Below are positions 9,226-19,411 of a stretch of DNA of 64,000 bases, piece after piece; position 1 is the stretch's first letter; each line of letters opens with the position of its first letter. The DNA is from Gammaproteobacteria bacterium (GTDB taxonomy: Bacteria > Pseudomonadota > Gammaproteobacteria > CAJXQU01), in assembly GCA_965238175.1 (NCBI GenBank), contig CBDEGZ010000003.1, forward strand, positions 1,600,001-1,664,000. The letters are read 5' to 3'. Below the pieces are notes generated by a model, which worked only from the letters and a program-made list of their open reading frames with translations, ran no database searches and was not told the DNA's origin. A program made the translations under genes and the position numbers.

Positions 9226-11496
9226 TTACGCGTTTTCAGATTCAGTAATGTCGATATCGATGACTAATTCATCGTCTTTTGCAGAGATGTGAACAGTTCC
9301 GCCATTTTCTAGCTTACCGAACAGTAATTCTTCAGCTAAAGGTTTTCTGATCTTGTCCTGGATCAGTCTTGCCATTGGGCGTGCACCCATGAGTTGATCA
9401 TGTCCATTGACTGCTAGCCATTGTCTAGCCTCATCATCTACATGTAGGTTGACGTTTTTATTATCAAGCTGTGTTTCAAGATCAACCAGAAATTTGTCCA
9501 CAACATGAATAATTGTCGATGGATCGAGTGGATCAAAATGCACGATTGAATCGAGACGATTTCTGAATTCGGGGGTAAAGATACGTTTGATATCTTCCAT
9601 AGAATCACTGGATTTGACCTGATTTGTGAAACCGATAGGAGAACGGTTTAGTTTGTCTGCGCCTGCATTGGTAGTCATTATAATAATCACATTACGAAAA
9701 TCAGATTTGCGACCATTGGTATCCGTTAAATTGCCATGATCCATGACTTGTAGCAATAAATTGAAAACGTCAGGATGTGCTTTTTCAATTTCATCCAGTA
9801 ACAATACGGCATGGGGTTGTTTGTTGATGGCCTCCGTTAGTAAACCACCTTGATCAAATCCTACATAGCCCGGAGGCGCACCGATTAGTCTTGAAACTGT
9901 GTGTCGTTCCATATATTCAGACATATCAAACCGGAGTAGATCAATTCCCATGATTTGGGAAAGTTGTTTACTGACTTCTGTCTTACCAACACCGGTTGGC
10001 CCGGCAAATAGGAAAGAACCAATTGGACGATCTTCGCGGCCGAGGCCTGAACGAGACATTTTGATCGCAGCTGATAATGTACCGATTGCTTTGTCTTGTC
10101 CAAAGACAACCATTTTCAGATCGCGTTCCAGATTCTTTAAAGTAGTTTTATCTGATGATGAAACTGTTTTTGAAGGAATTCGCGCAATCTTGGCGATCAT
10201 TTTTTCAATATCGACGACATCAATAACTTTTTTACGATCTTTTTCTGCCACCAAGCGTTGGCTTGCACCTGTTTCGTCAATAATATCGATAGCTTTGTCT
10301 GGCAAATGTCGATCATTAATATAGCGTACGGTAAGTTCTGCTGAAGCTTTTAGAGCTTTATTGGTATATTTAATCTCATGATGTTCTTCAAAACGTGATT
10401 TTAAACCTTTGAGTATCTCGTAAGTTTCATCTATAGAAGGTTCGTTTACATCAATTTTTTGGAAGCGGCGTGCAAGTGCGCGATCTTTCTCGAAGATTCC
10501 GCGATATTCCTGGTAAGTAGTCGAGCCAAGACATTTCATTTCACCTGAAGCAAGCATCGGTTTGATCAAGTTAGAGGCATCCATGACGCCGCCAGAGGCT
10601 GCTCCAGCACCAATAATAGTATGGATTTCATCAATAAATAAAACGGAGCCCGGTGTTTTCTTCAATTGAGAAAGAACGTTTTTCAAACGTTTCTCAAAAT
10701 CACCACGATATTTTGTTCCTGCGAGTAATGCACCTAGATCAAGTGAAAAGATAACGCATTCATTTAGTATTTCAGGAACTTCTTTATCAACAATCCGTTT
10801 AGCAAGTCCCTCAGCAATGGCGGTTTTACCTACGCCAGCTTCACCTACCAGTAAAGGGTTGTTTTTACGTCGGCGACAGAGAATTTGCACGGTTCTTTCG
10901 ACTTCGTGATTACGACCAATTAGTGGATCAATTTTGCCCTGACGAGCTTGTTCATTTAGATCTGTAGTGTAATTGCTTAGTGGATTATCATTTTGTTCAG
11001 GAGTCGTCTGATTTTCTTCAATTGAAGGAATTGGATCCTCAGTTTCAAGCGGCAATTCTTTAGGGTCCTTAGTGACGCCATGTGAGATAAAATTGACGAC
11101 ATCAAGACGAGTAATATTCTGCTTGTTGAGTAAATAGACAGCTCTGGACTCTCTTTCCCCAAAAATAGCGATCAAAACATTGGCGCCAGAGACTTCTTTT
11201 TTACCAGATGATTGGACGTGAAAAACAGCTCGTTGCAGTACTCGTTGGAAACCTAATGTTGGTTGAGTTTCTCGATCATCTCCTTCAGAAAGTAGAACGG
11301 CATTTTCTTTAACCAAACTATCAAGACTATCTCTAAGTTCATCTATTTTCGCACCACATGAACGTAACACATTTGATGCAGATGGGTTATCAATTAAAGT
11401 GAGTAGTAGGTGTTCAACGGTCATGAACTCATGTCGTTGCTCTCGAGCTTCTTTGAATGCGAGATTTAGTGTGGTTTCTAACTCTTTGTTTAACAC
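9226..11496 (-). CDS. clpA: ATP-dependent Clp protease ATP-binding subunit ClpA
   Basis: Two AAA+ modules (GEAGVGKT, GPTGVGKT), HEFMTVEHLLL N-domain, downstream of clpS. Confidence 0.97.
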   Translation of the reverse strand: MLNKELETTLNLAFKEAREQRHEFMTVEHLLLTLIDNPSASNVLRSCGAKIDELRDSLDSLVKENAVLLSEGDDRETQPTLGFQRVLQRAVFHVQSSGKKEVSGANVLIAIFGERESRAVYLLNKQNITRLDVVNFISHGVTKDPKELPLETEDPIPSIEENQTTPEQNDNPLSNYTTDLNEQARQGKIDPLIGRNHEVERTVQILCRRRKNNPLLVGEAGVGKTAIAEGLAKRIVDKEVPEILNECVIFSLDLGALLAGTKYRGDFEKRLKNVLSQLKKTPGSVLFIDEIHTIIGAGAASGGVMDASNLIKPMLASGEMKCLGSTTYQEYRGIFEKDRALARRFQKIDVNEPSIDETYEILKGLKSRFEEHHEIKYTNKALKASAELTVRYINDRHLPDKAIDIIDETGASQRLVAEKDRKKVIDVVDIEKMIAKIARIPSKTVSSSDKTTLKNLERDLKMVVFGQDKAIGTLSAAIKMSRSGLGREDRPIGSFLFAGPTGVGKTEVSKQLSQIMGIDLLRFDMSEYMERHTVSRLIGAPPGYVGFDQGGLLTEAINKQPHAVLLLDEIEKAHPDVFNLLLQVMDHGNLTDTNGRKSDFRNVIIIMTTNAGADKLNRSPIGFTNQVKSSDSMEDIKRIFTPEFRNRLDSIVHFDPLDPSTIIHVVDKFLVDLETQLDNKNVNLHVDDEARQWLAVNGHDQLMGARPMARLIQDKIRKPLAEELLFGKLENGGTVHISAKDDELVIDIDITESENA

Positions 11497-11605
11497 TTAT
11501 GTGTGACTCCATCATTGTGTACTGGCAAAACTTCCTTATACACAGAAGTAACGGCCGGTATGTGATTTTCCTTAAATCTTATAATCACCTTATATGCGAC
11601 AGGAT

Positions 11606-11926
11606 TCAAGCTTTTTCTGTAGTACATAGTAGTGGATGCTGATGTTCACGTGAATATTGGTTAACTTGATTGACTTTCGTCTCCGCAATTTCATAAGAAA
11701 ACGTGCCACATACCCCTTTTCCCTGAGTATGGATCTCTACCATGATCTGAGTCGCGGATTGTCTGTTCTTTGAGAAGAAACGTTCTAAAATTTGCACAAC
11801 AAAGTCCATAGGTGTGAAGTCATCGTTTATTAGTAATACCTTGTAATTAGGTGGCTCTTTGAGTTCCGGTTCAGCTTCTTGAATTTCAACATCACCATCT
11901 AAATCTTGTTCAAATTTATCAGACAT
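11606..11926 (-). CDS. clpS: ATP-dependent Clp protease adaptor ClpS
   Basis: [17 protein letters not shown]...AETKV...HPLLC. Confidence 0.97.
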   Translation of the reverse strand: MSDKFEQDLDGDVEIQEAEPELKEPPNYKVLLINDDFTPMDFVVQILERFFSKNRQSATQIMVEIHTQGKGVCGTFSYEIAETKVNQVNQYSREHQHPLLCTTEKA

Positions 11927-12042
11927 AACTTTAGATTACATACCAAATGCTTATATAAATTAAGTGAAAATAATATTTGTATTAGGAGCAAATTACCACA
12001 GGGTCAAGATCATTATAAATTGAACTAATAGTTAAATCACTG

Positions 12043-12180
12043 ATCAGAACCATCTAGTGGCTTGTTGAGCATGCTCGTTCTATTGTTTTTGATAAGGCGA
12101 AAAAGAGGGCTTTTAATCTCCTTGCGGTGCCCATTTCATTTAGATAGTCATCTATGAGCCTTGAAGCTACAGGGTTTATA
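12043..12180 (-). pseudogene. Tyrosine recombinase/resolvase internal fragment
   Basis: Minus-strand translation with one frameshift gives NPVASRLIDDYLNEMG / EIKSPLFRLIKNNRTSMLNKPLDGS, resembling the mid-catalytic-domain segment (PLFR) of Xer-like resolvases. Confidence 0.55.
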
Positions 12181-12221
12181 ACCAACAGTGTGAAAAGTTA
12201 CTCTAAGCTTGCCATCCAACT

Positions 12222-12644
12222 TCAATGTTCTATGGATTTTGTCCAGTCATCCAGGCTTAAATGATGCTTCAAATTATAAAATGCCTTGTCATTGGTGATT
12301 AATAAAGCGCCCACAGCAACAGAATGGGCTGCAATCAACATATCCATTGTGCCGAGGGGCTTGCCTTCATTTTCACAGGTTGTTCTTAATTGTGCATAGG
12401 TTTTCGCTGTATCAGAATCCCAGGGCAGGATTTCCACCCTTAACAAGAACTCTTTAACAGCAATAGGAAGATGCTTAGCTTCAGGTTTTCTGGCGACGCC
12501 TCGAAGCAACTCGGCTTCTGTTATCACGGAGATGCAGACATGGGCCATAGATACCTTGAGCAGATGCTCTCTTATAATTACCGGTTCACCTTTGATGATG
12601 TAACTGGCAGTATTGGTGTCAAGCATATAACGTTGATTTTCCAT
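12222..12644 (-). CDS. vapC: Type II TA toxin VapC (PIN domain)
   Basis: YMLDTN, ITEAEL, DMLIAAH and LITND acidic PIN tetrad. Confidence 0.93.
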   Translation of the reverse strand: MENQRYMLDTNTASYIIKGEPVIIREHLLKVSMAHVCISVITEAELLRGVARKPEAKHLPIAVKEFLLRVEILPWDSDTAKTYAQLRTTCENEGKPLGTMDMLIAAHSVAVGALLITNDKAFYNLKHHLSLDDWTKSIEH

Positions 12645-12886
12645 TAGAACAGATCTTGATTCTTTGGAATTTCATTATCTCGCTCGGCCATGAAATCTTC
12701 TGGTATCTTGGTGGTTTCTGTCATGATGAAATAATCATCCCAGGAGCCTGGTTTCCTGGAGATGATTACATCACCCGTTTCTGGATCTTTACGAATATAA
12801 ACCTCGTCACAATCGAACCGATAGTTAACAGGTAGCCGAACAGCTTGGCTACGGCCATTCATAAATAACTTTGCTGTGCGTCTCAT
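12644..12886 (-). CDS. vapB: Type II TA antitoxin VapB (AbrB/SpoVT fold)
   Basis: AKLFMNGRSQAVRLP; 1-bp overlap with vapC. Confidence 0.93.
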   Translation of the reverse strand: MRRTAKLFMNGRSQAVRLPVNYRFDCDEVYIRKDPETGDVIISRKPGSWDDYFIMTETTKIPEDFMAERDNEIPKNQDLF

Positions 12887-12907
12887 TAGTATCTCGCCTC
12901 ACATATG

Positions 12908-12954
12908 ATATACCATAGTATATACTAAGATAAATAATATATCAAGATATATTA
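12908..12954 (-). promoter_or_regulatory. Two inverted-repeat operators for vapBC autorepression
   Basis: ATATAC-CATA-GTATAT (12908-12923) and TAATATATC-AA-GATATATTA (12935-12954) immediately upstream of vapB. Confidence 0.6.
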
Positions 12955-12971
12955 ACTATGTCATGTTGGAG

Positions 12972-13149
12972 TATCCCCGTAATACTTGGAAATGCGTGTT
13001 TTAGACAACTTCAGGGATGGCGTCGTGCTAACGGCCCTTTACATGTGTAGGCAACGCTGCCGTGGATGAAAAGGGTGTGTAACGTGTATGGAAGTACAAA
13101 TACCGTGAGCGCATGGATGCGCAAGAGCAGTCTAAATATCACGGATATA
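12972..13149. mobile_element. ERIC-like MITE, degenerate copy
   Basis: Imperfect terminal IRs (TATCCCCGTAATACTTGGA vs revcomp TATATCCGTGATATTTAGA, 14/19). The left end matches the revcomp of the right end of the 15819-16006 element. Confidence 0.6.
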
Positions 13150-13303
13150 TACCTTAAATAGTAGACGTCAGGCCATGTACCTGAATTATGTTAGAGTTAA
13201 GATTGTAATCTATAAGGTAAGAGCATTTTATATTCCCTTAATAATCTCAGTCAGTAATTTTTCATCCATCAATGATCTTGCCCTCGAAACTACCGCCTGC
13301 TAT

Positions 13304-13332
13304 TTGACATGTGTCGTGTCGACAAGTATGGT
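13304..13332 (+). promoter_or_regulatory. Sigma70 promoter of aceA
   Basis: TTGACA (13304-09), 17-bp spacer, TATGGT (13327-32). The spacer contains the palindrome TGTCGACA. Confidence 0.65.
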
Positions 13333-13506
13333 TTAGCGCCCGAATCTTGGGTGGTCAAAATAGAACAAAATATTTTTGGCCATAATAATATAAAGGAATC
13401 ATAATGTTGTAAGCGAATGGATCGTGCTTGCAATTTTCTGTCTTGAATTTGTTAATCATTAGGGCAGTCGCTATTTGTTAAATATAATTAAAATTGTGTA
13501 GAGGAA

Positions 13507-14835
13507 ATGAGAGTTATGGGATCAAGAGAAGACCAAATAAAGGCATTAGAAAAAGATTGGGCTGAAAACCCACGATGGGCTAATGTAAAACGTGACTACA
13601 GTGCTGAAGATGTAGTTCGTCTTCGTGGTAGTGTTCAACCTGAGCACACACTTGCGCGTAACGGTGCTGAAAAATTATGGAGCCTGGTTAATGGAGACTC
13701 AAAGAAAGGTTATGTAAATGCTTTTGGTGCGATTACTGCTGGTCAAGCTATGCAACAAGCTAAAGCGGGCCTGGAAGCGGTCTATCTGTCTGGTTGGCAG
13801 GTTGCAGCTGACGGTAACACTTCTGAAACAATGTACCCAGATCAATCATTGTATGCATATGATTCAGTTCCAACGATGGTTCGTAGAATCAACAATACAT
13901 TTCAACGTGCTGATGAAATCCAATGGAAAAACATTGCAGATGGCAAAGTGTCAGAAGAAGAAGCTATCGATTTTTTTCTGCCGATTGTTGCAGATGCAGA
14001 AGCTGGTTTCGGTGGTGTTCTAAATGCTTACGAATTAATGAAGAATATGATTTCAAGTGGTGCTGCTGCTGCTCACTTTGAAGATCAATTAGCTGCTGTG
14101 AAGAAATGTGGTCACATGGGTGGGAAAGTATTGGTTCCAACTCAAGAAGCTGTTCAAAAACTAGGTGCTGCACGTTTAGCTGCTGACGTTATGGGTGTTC
14201 CTTCGGTTATTTTGGCTCGTACAGATGCTGAAGCTGCAAACTTAATCACAAGTGATTTTGACGAAAATGATAAGCCTTTCATCACAGGTGAACGTACACC
14301 TGAAGGTTTTTACCGAGTTAAAAATGGTTTAGAGCAAGCCATTAGTCGTGGTGTAGCTTACGCACCTTATGCTGATTTAGTTTGGTGTGAAACAGGTGTG
14401 CCTGATATCGGGTTTGCACGTGAATTCGCAGAAGCTGTTCAAGCCGCTGTTCCTGGTCAGTTGATGTCTTACAATTGTTCTCCGTCTTTCAATTGGAAAA
14501 AGAATTTGAATGATTCACAAATTGCGAGTTTCCAAGAAGACTTGTCTGCTTTGGGTTACAAATTCCAATTCATTACTTTGGCTGGTATTCACTTGAACTG
14601 GTACCGTACTTTTGACTTCGCACATAACTATGCACAAGGCGAAGGCATGAAGCATTATACAGAAATGGTTCAAGAGCCAGAATTTGAATCACGTGAGCGT
14701 GGTTATACATTCGTATCACATCAACAAGAAGTAGGTGCGGGTTATTTCGATGATGTAACCACTGTTATTCAAGGTGGCGCATCTTCAGTAACAGCATTGA
14801 CTGGTTCTACAGAAGAAGCCCAGTTTGATAAATAA
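13507..14835 (+). CDS. aceA: Isocitrate lyase
   Basis: KKCGHMGGK catalytic motif, [20 protein letters not shown] and HQQEVG. Confidence 0.97.
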   Translation: MRVMGSREDQIKALEKDWAENPRWANVKRDYSAEDVVRLRGSVQPEHTLARNGAEKLWSLVNGDSKKGYVNAFGAITAGQAMQQAKAGLEAVYLSGWQVAADGNTSETMYPDQSLYAYDSVPTMVRRINNTFQRADEIQWKNIADGKVSEEEAIDFFLPIVADAEAGFGGVLNAYELMKNMISSGAAAAHFEDQLAAVKKCGHMGGKVLVPTQEAVQKLGAARLAADVMGVPSVILARTDAEAANLITSDFDENDKPFITGERTPEGFYRVKNGLEQAISRGVAYAPYADLVWCETGVPDIGFAREFAEAVQAAVPGQLMSYNCSPSFNWKKNLNDSQIASFQEDLSALGYKFQFITLAGIHLNWYRTFDFAHNYAQGEGMKHYTEMVQEPEFESRERGYTFVSHQQEVGAGYFDDVTTVIQGGASSVTALTGSTEEAQFDK

Positions 14836-14880
14836 TATCGAGCAATAGTTATTTATTGACTTGTTTTTGATTAAAATAGG

Positions 14881-14916
14881 AAAACGGGACTCAATGAATG
14901 AGTCCCGTTTTTTTTT
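14881..14916. terminator. Bidirectional intrinsic terminator between aceA and the ComEA-like gene
   Basis: AAAACGGGACTCA-ATGAA-TGAGTCCCG followed by T9. Confidence 0.9.
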
Positions 14917-14925
14917 GCGTGTGAT

Positions 14926-15183
14926 TTACTTAACAATTACTAAATCACGATTTACTTCAATTGTTTTCTCACCAATACCTTTCACAAGCACCAAATCATC
15001 AACAGATTTGAATGCACCATGATCATTGCGATAAGCCACGATTGCAGCGGCTTTCGCCTCACCAACACCTTTCATTGTGACGGCGATAGTTGCCGCATCA
15101 GCAATGTTGATATCGATTTGATCTGCTGCAAAGGTAAGTGATGATAGAGTTAGTAATAGAACAGCAATAAACTGTTTAAGCAT
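14926..15183 (-). CDS. comEA: ComEA-family helix-hairpin-helix DNA-binding protein
   Basis: Signal peptide followed by IDINIADA...KGVGEAKAAAIVAYR...FKSVDDLVLVKGIGEKT. Confidence 0.85.
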   Translation of the reverse strand: MLKQFIAVLLLTLSSLTFAADQIDINIADAATIAVTMKGVGEAKAAAIVAYRNDHGAFKSVDDLVLVKGIGEKTIEVNRDLVIVK

Positions 15184-15416
15184 GTGAAACCTCCATGTAT
15201 ATATTTAAAGTTATTATTTATAGTCGATTATTGACACTTAGGCCAAAAATAGCGACGTATTCAGGCTACAGCAGCTGATAGTCTGAAATCAATTTTGATC
15301 AGAAAGATGTATCAATTCATTGCAGTTGGACTATACAAAGATATGTCACTACTTTACAAATGACGGCTATCAAACAAGTTGATTTGTGTTTAGTCTAGCC
15401 GCACTTAAAAACTATT

Positions 15417-15815
15417 TTGATAGAAATGATATTACGACCGATTAATCAAACAACTTACCAGATACTGACAATAGCTTGGTTAGCGGTGATTGCCATTTTT
15501 TCAAGTATTCCTAATCTAAAAACCAGTGCGGTAATTCCCCAGTCTGACAAATACCTGCATATTATCGTTTTTGCTGTTCTTGCTTATTTGTTGGCAGGAT
15601 CGGCCGGTAAGTTTATTAAGAAATATAATGTCGTGTTTCCAATCTTATTGATCACTACACTAGCAGTCTTATTTGGTTTTCTAGATGAATGGCATCAATC
15701 CACTGTTGTTGGCCGTGTATCAAGTGGCTGGGATATATTGGCTGATGGAGTAGGTGGCTTAATTGGAGTGATCGCCTATTTGTTTATTCATAAAACGGAA
15801 ACAGATTTTGGTTAA
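15417..15815 (+). CDS. VanZ-family membrane protein
   Basis: DKYLH and DEWHQSTVVGRVSSGWDILAD motifs; about 4 TM segments. Confidence 0.85.
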   Translation: MIEMILRPINQTTYQILTIAWLAVIAIFSSIPNLKTSAVIPQSDKYLHIIVFAVLAYLLAGSAGKFIKKYNVVFPILLITTLAVLFGFLDEWHQSTVVGRVSSGWDILADGVGGLIGVIAYLFIHKTETDFG

Positions 15816-15818
15816 TAT

Positions 15819-16006
15819 TATATACCCGGACGATTGCATGGCAGGAGGTAGAATGCTGTCTGGAACAAGCATCGAGGGCGAGTCCAAGCGTCTACGCAAT
15901 GGCGTTAGCGCATGAAAATGGAACCACCACTCTCGGCGTACGCTGCCTTGCTGTGTAGACGCTTGGACTCGCTGAAATCTGCAATTCCAAGTAGCACGGG
16001 TATATA
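15819..16006. mobile_element. ERIC-like MITE (188 bp) with long internal hairpin
   Basis: Perfect terminal IR TATATACCCG...CGGGTATATA. Perfect internal 18-bp IR GCGAGTCCAAGCGTCTAC (15878-95) / GTAGACGCTTGGACTCGC (15955-72). Confidence 0.8.
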
Positions 16007-16044
16007 GATTTGCGGATTAAATTGAGTTTCTTAGAGGAAAGAAA

Positions 16045-17353
16045 ATGAATGTAGTGATGATAGGATCTGGGTATGTTGGTCTGGTTTCGGGGACATGTTT
16101 TGCAGAGTTCGGTGTAAATGTCACCTGTGTCGATGTCGATGAAAATAAGATCGCTCGTCTAGAAGAAGGCGAAATTCCAATTTATGAGCCTGGTTTAAGT
16201 GACTTGGTGAAGAAAAATGTCGAAGATGGTCGCTTACATTTTTCAACGGAACTTAAAGATAATGTAGGTAATGCTGATCTAATATTTATTGCTGTTGGTA
16301 CACCGACACGCCGTGGAGATGGTCATGCAGATCTAAAATATGTCTACAGTGCGGCTGAAGATATCGCAAAGTATCTGCAGGGTTACACTGTCATAGTCGA
16401 TAAATCTACGGTTCCTGTGGGCACTGCAAGGAATGTTGAACGCGTTATTCGTGCAACAAATCCTGAAGCAGACTTTGACGTAGCATCGAATCCGGAATTT
16501 TTACGCGAAGGTGCGGCAATTTCAGATTTTATGCGACCTGACCGAGTGGTAATTGGTGTTGAAAGTGATCGTGCAGAAGCATTATTAAGAGAACTTTACC
16601 GCCCGATCAATTTGATTGAAGCTCCTATCATGAAGACTGATCTAGAAAGTGCAGAATTGATCAAATACGCATCAAACGCGTTTCTTGCCACCAAGATTAG
16701 TTTTATCAATGAAATGTCGATGCTCTGTGAAGCGATTGGGGCAGATGTTCATGCCGTCGCAAAAGGGATGGGGTTAGATGGGCGAATTGGTAGAAAAATT
16801 TTTACATGCAGGGCCTGGCTATGGCGGATCATGTTTTCCAAAGGATACCCAAGCTCTTGTAAGAATTGCTCAAGAACATGGCGTTTCTTCACGTATAGTT
16901 GAAACTGTTATCGAAGTTAATGCTGCTCAAAAAGCGAGAATGATCAAAAAAATAAGAACTGCATTAGGCGGTAATGAAGCAGGAAAAACAATTGCAGTGT
17001 TTGGTCTTACATTCAAACCTGAAACAGATGACATGCGTGATTCACCTGCGCTTTCTATTCTGCCAACATTAATCGAAAAGGGTGCCATGATAAAAGCTCA
17101 TGATCCAAAAGGGATCGAAGAAGCAAAGCATCTACTGCCCAAACAAGTCATATACTGTGAAGAACCGATGGATGCAATCAAAGGTGCTGATGCAATTGTC
17201 CTAATGACAGAATGGAATGTATATCGTGGATTGAATCTTGAGAAATTACGAGAACAAATGAAGGGCAATGTATTCGTTGATCTGAGAAATGTATACGAAG
17301 CAGAACAGATGAAAAAAGCAGGGTTTGATTACCATTGTGTTGGGCGAGCATAA
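16045..17353 (+). pseudogene. ugd: UDP-glucose/GDP-mannose dehydrogenase split by a +1 frameshift (real or sequencing error)
   Basis: ORF 16045-16902 has GSGYVG and SNPEFLREG; ORF 16778-17353 has GPGYGGSCFPKD and FKPETDDMRDSP. Removing one A from A5T5 (16794-16803) restores RIGRKFLHAGPGYGG. Confidence 0.9.
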
Positions 17354-17806
17354 GTCCAACTTTTTCATGAACCAATTCATATCGATGAGTTAATTATCAA
17401 TCCGTAACATCACAAGCCTATACACCAATATAACCAGCAAGTACTCTAGATAGAGTTAGGGGAGATGTGTTTTTAAGTATTGTAGATGCTATCAAAAATC
17501 CTCAGTTTTGTGAGTGGAATCATCTTGTTGAAGGAAAAGGAACAATCATTGAATAAACTGATTGATCTCTACTACTCGTCCAAACTTCATGAAAATTGCT
17601 TTCAATTATATGTGAATTAAAAAAACATACGGAGTCGTTTCGTTATAAGCTTGTTTATACAGGCTAACATTACGGTGTAATTAATGAGTGCTGTTTTTTT
17701 GAAGAATTAGAAATACCAAAACTTGATTTATGGGATGGATACCCTTTGTTATATAAAGTGTCATAGTATTTTTTGATGAAAGATATAGTTTATTTGAAGG
17801 AACTAA

Positions 17807-19390
17807 ATGATGAGTAAAAAGAAACTAATAGGTAACCTTATTACGTTAGCGATTATTTCAACATGCTTATTTTGCGAAAAGACAATGGCCCTGACATATT
17901 ATGTATCCTGTGATACTGGTGATAATGGTAATGGTGGGTTGTCTGAAATAGATGCATGGCGATCGCCAGAAGCATTAACAAAGAATTATTTTATTGATGG
18001 TGATGAGATATTATTCAAACGAGGATGTAAGTGGGAAAATGTTTCGATAAAAATCAAAAAATCTTTGATTTTTGATTCTTATGGAGACGAAAAATCGTTG
18101 CCTGAGTTGAGTGCTGGTCGTTATATAAAGACTTGGCAAAAAAATAATCAAACAAAAATTTATTATACAACGCTTCAGATGGAGCAGGATGTGCCGGCTA
18201 GTAAAGACATATATATTGTTTATGATGAAATCAATAATACTTTTTATACAAAGGCTGGTTCGATAAGTGAATTAAATAAACCTGGAACATTTTATTATGA
18301 TATAGATAATCTCCTGATATATGTTTACCCAAATGAGAACTTAAATGTAAAGAGCGATCTGATGGTATCTAGCAAGCATACGATTTTTGAAATACAACAA
18401 AATAGTATTGAACATTTATCAATAAAAAATCTACATCTATCATTTGCAAACCTATATGCTATTGGATTTTTTTATCAAAGTTCAGGTACGAAAAACGGTA
18501 GTTTGGATATTGAAAATAATTATTTCTTTGGAAACGCGTATCAAGCTCTACATGTTGCAGGAACGAATTCATTTATTGATATTGAATTTTCTAATAACAC
18601 AATTACTGCGAATGGAAATGAGGCGGTTTATATAGGTTTCATAAAAGGAAACATAGAGGGAGTTATTGTTCATAATCAATTAAGAATTGTGGGAAATACC
18701 ATTGGTGGTAATGATTATGGATGGCGATCATTGGGTAATCAATCAGCAGCTAACGGAGATGGTCTAGATATTAAACGAGGAGTTAATTCAGTTGTCATAG
18801 AAAATAATACTATCTCTGATATTCAGGGAAATCATGGAATACTTACGCAATCCTCAAATGCAATTATTCGAGCAAATAATATTACTAATGTAAGAATGGA
18901 GCGTGCAGATTTTGAGACTAGTATTAGTGGAATTATAGTCGATGCTTATGATAAATATGGAACTACTATTGTTACTAATAACTCCATTAATCTAGAACAG
19001 GCAAATGGTATAGTTATTAGAGGGCACGCGCAATTAAAACCGAAAACAATTATCTTTGGAAATGATATTACTGTGAGTGGTAGTTATTTTCCAATTGCAT
19101 TTACATCTCAAAATATTACCAATACAAATATTACTAACAATATTATAAAAGGAGGTAAAGCAAGTGTGCTAATTATGCGGGCTTGTTGTACACCCTCGGA
19201 AGTTACGATCCAGGATAATCAGATACGAAATGTCAAGCAAATAATCATTTCTAAACAGGAAAAATTATCAGGAATTAAGTTTGATACTAACGTTATCTGT
19301 ATCAAAAATGCTTATAAGCCTGAAGAAGTTCACAATCGAGCATTAGAAAAACAATTTGCACAGCGCAATGTTGTTACTGAGTGCTATTAA
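17807..19390 (+). CDS. Secreted right-handed parallel beta-helix protein (pectate-lyase-like fold)
   Basis: Signal peptide, TYYVS..GDNGNGG...GDEILFKRG start, Asn/Ile-rich repeats (IENN, ITNN). Confidence 0.75.
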   Translation: MMSKKKLIGNLITLAIISTCLFCEKTMALTYYVSCDTGDNGNGGLSEIDAWRSPEALTKNYFIDGDEILFKRGCKWENVSIKIKKSLIFDSYGDEKSLPELSAGRYIKTWQKNNQTKIYYTTLQMEQDVPASKDIYIVYDEINNTFYTKAGSISELNKPGTFYYDIDNLLIYVYPNENLNVKSDLMVSSKHTIFEIQQNSIEHLSIKNLHLSFANLYAIGFFYQSSGTKNGSLDIENNYFFGNAYQALHVAGTNSFIDIEFSNNTITANGNEAVYIGFIKGNIEGVIVHNQLRIVGNTIGGNDYGWRSLGNQSAANGDGLDIKRGVNSVVIENNTISDIQGNHGILTQSSNAIIRANNITNVRMERADFETSISGIIVDAYDKYGTTIVTNNSINLEQANGIVIRGHAQLKPKTIIFGNDITVSGSYFPIAFTSQNITNTNITNNIIKGGKASVLIMRACCTPSEVTIQDNQIRNVKQIIISKQEKLSGIKFDTNVICIKNAYKPEEVHNRALEKQFAQRNVVTECY

Positions 19391-19411
19391 ATATTTTGGA
19401 TTAATTGATTT

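Noticed and set aside
1688-11642. Short alternative-frame and antisense ORFs inside ndh, the RND genes and clpA (e.g. 2245-2652, 9899-10324)
   Set aside because: They overlap well-supported genes, have no motifs, and are expected antisense shadows.
17354-17806. Possible decayed gene between ugd and the beta-helix gene
   Set aside because: Only short peptides (e.g. EELEIPKLDLWDGYPLLY) with no family I can support.
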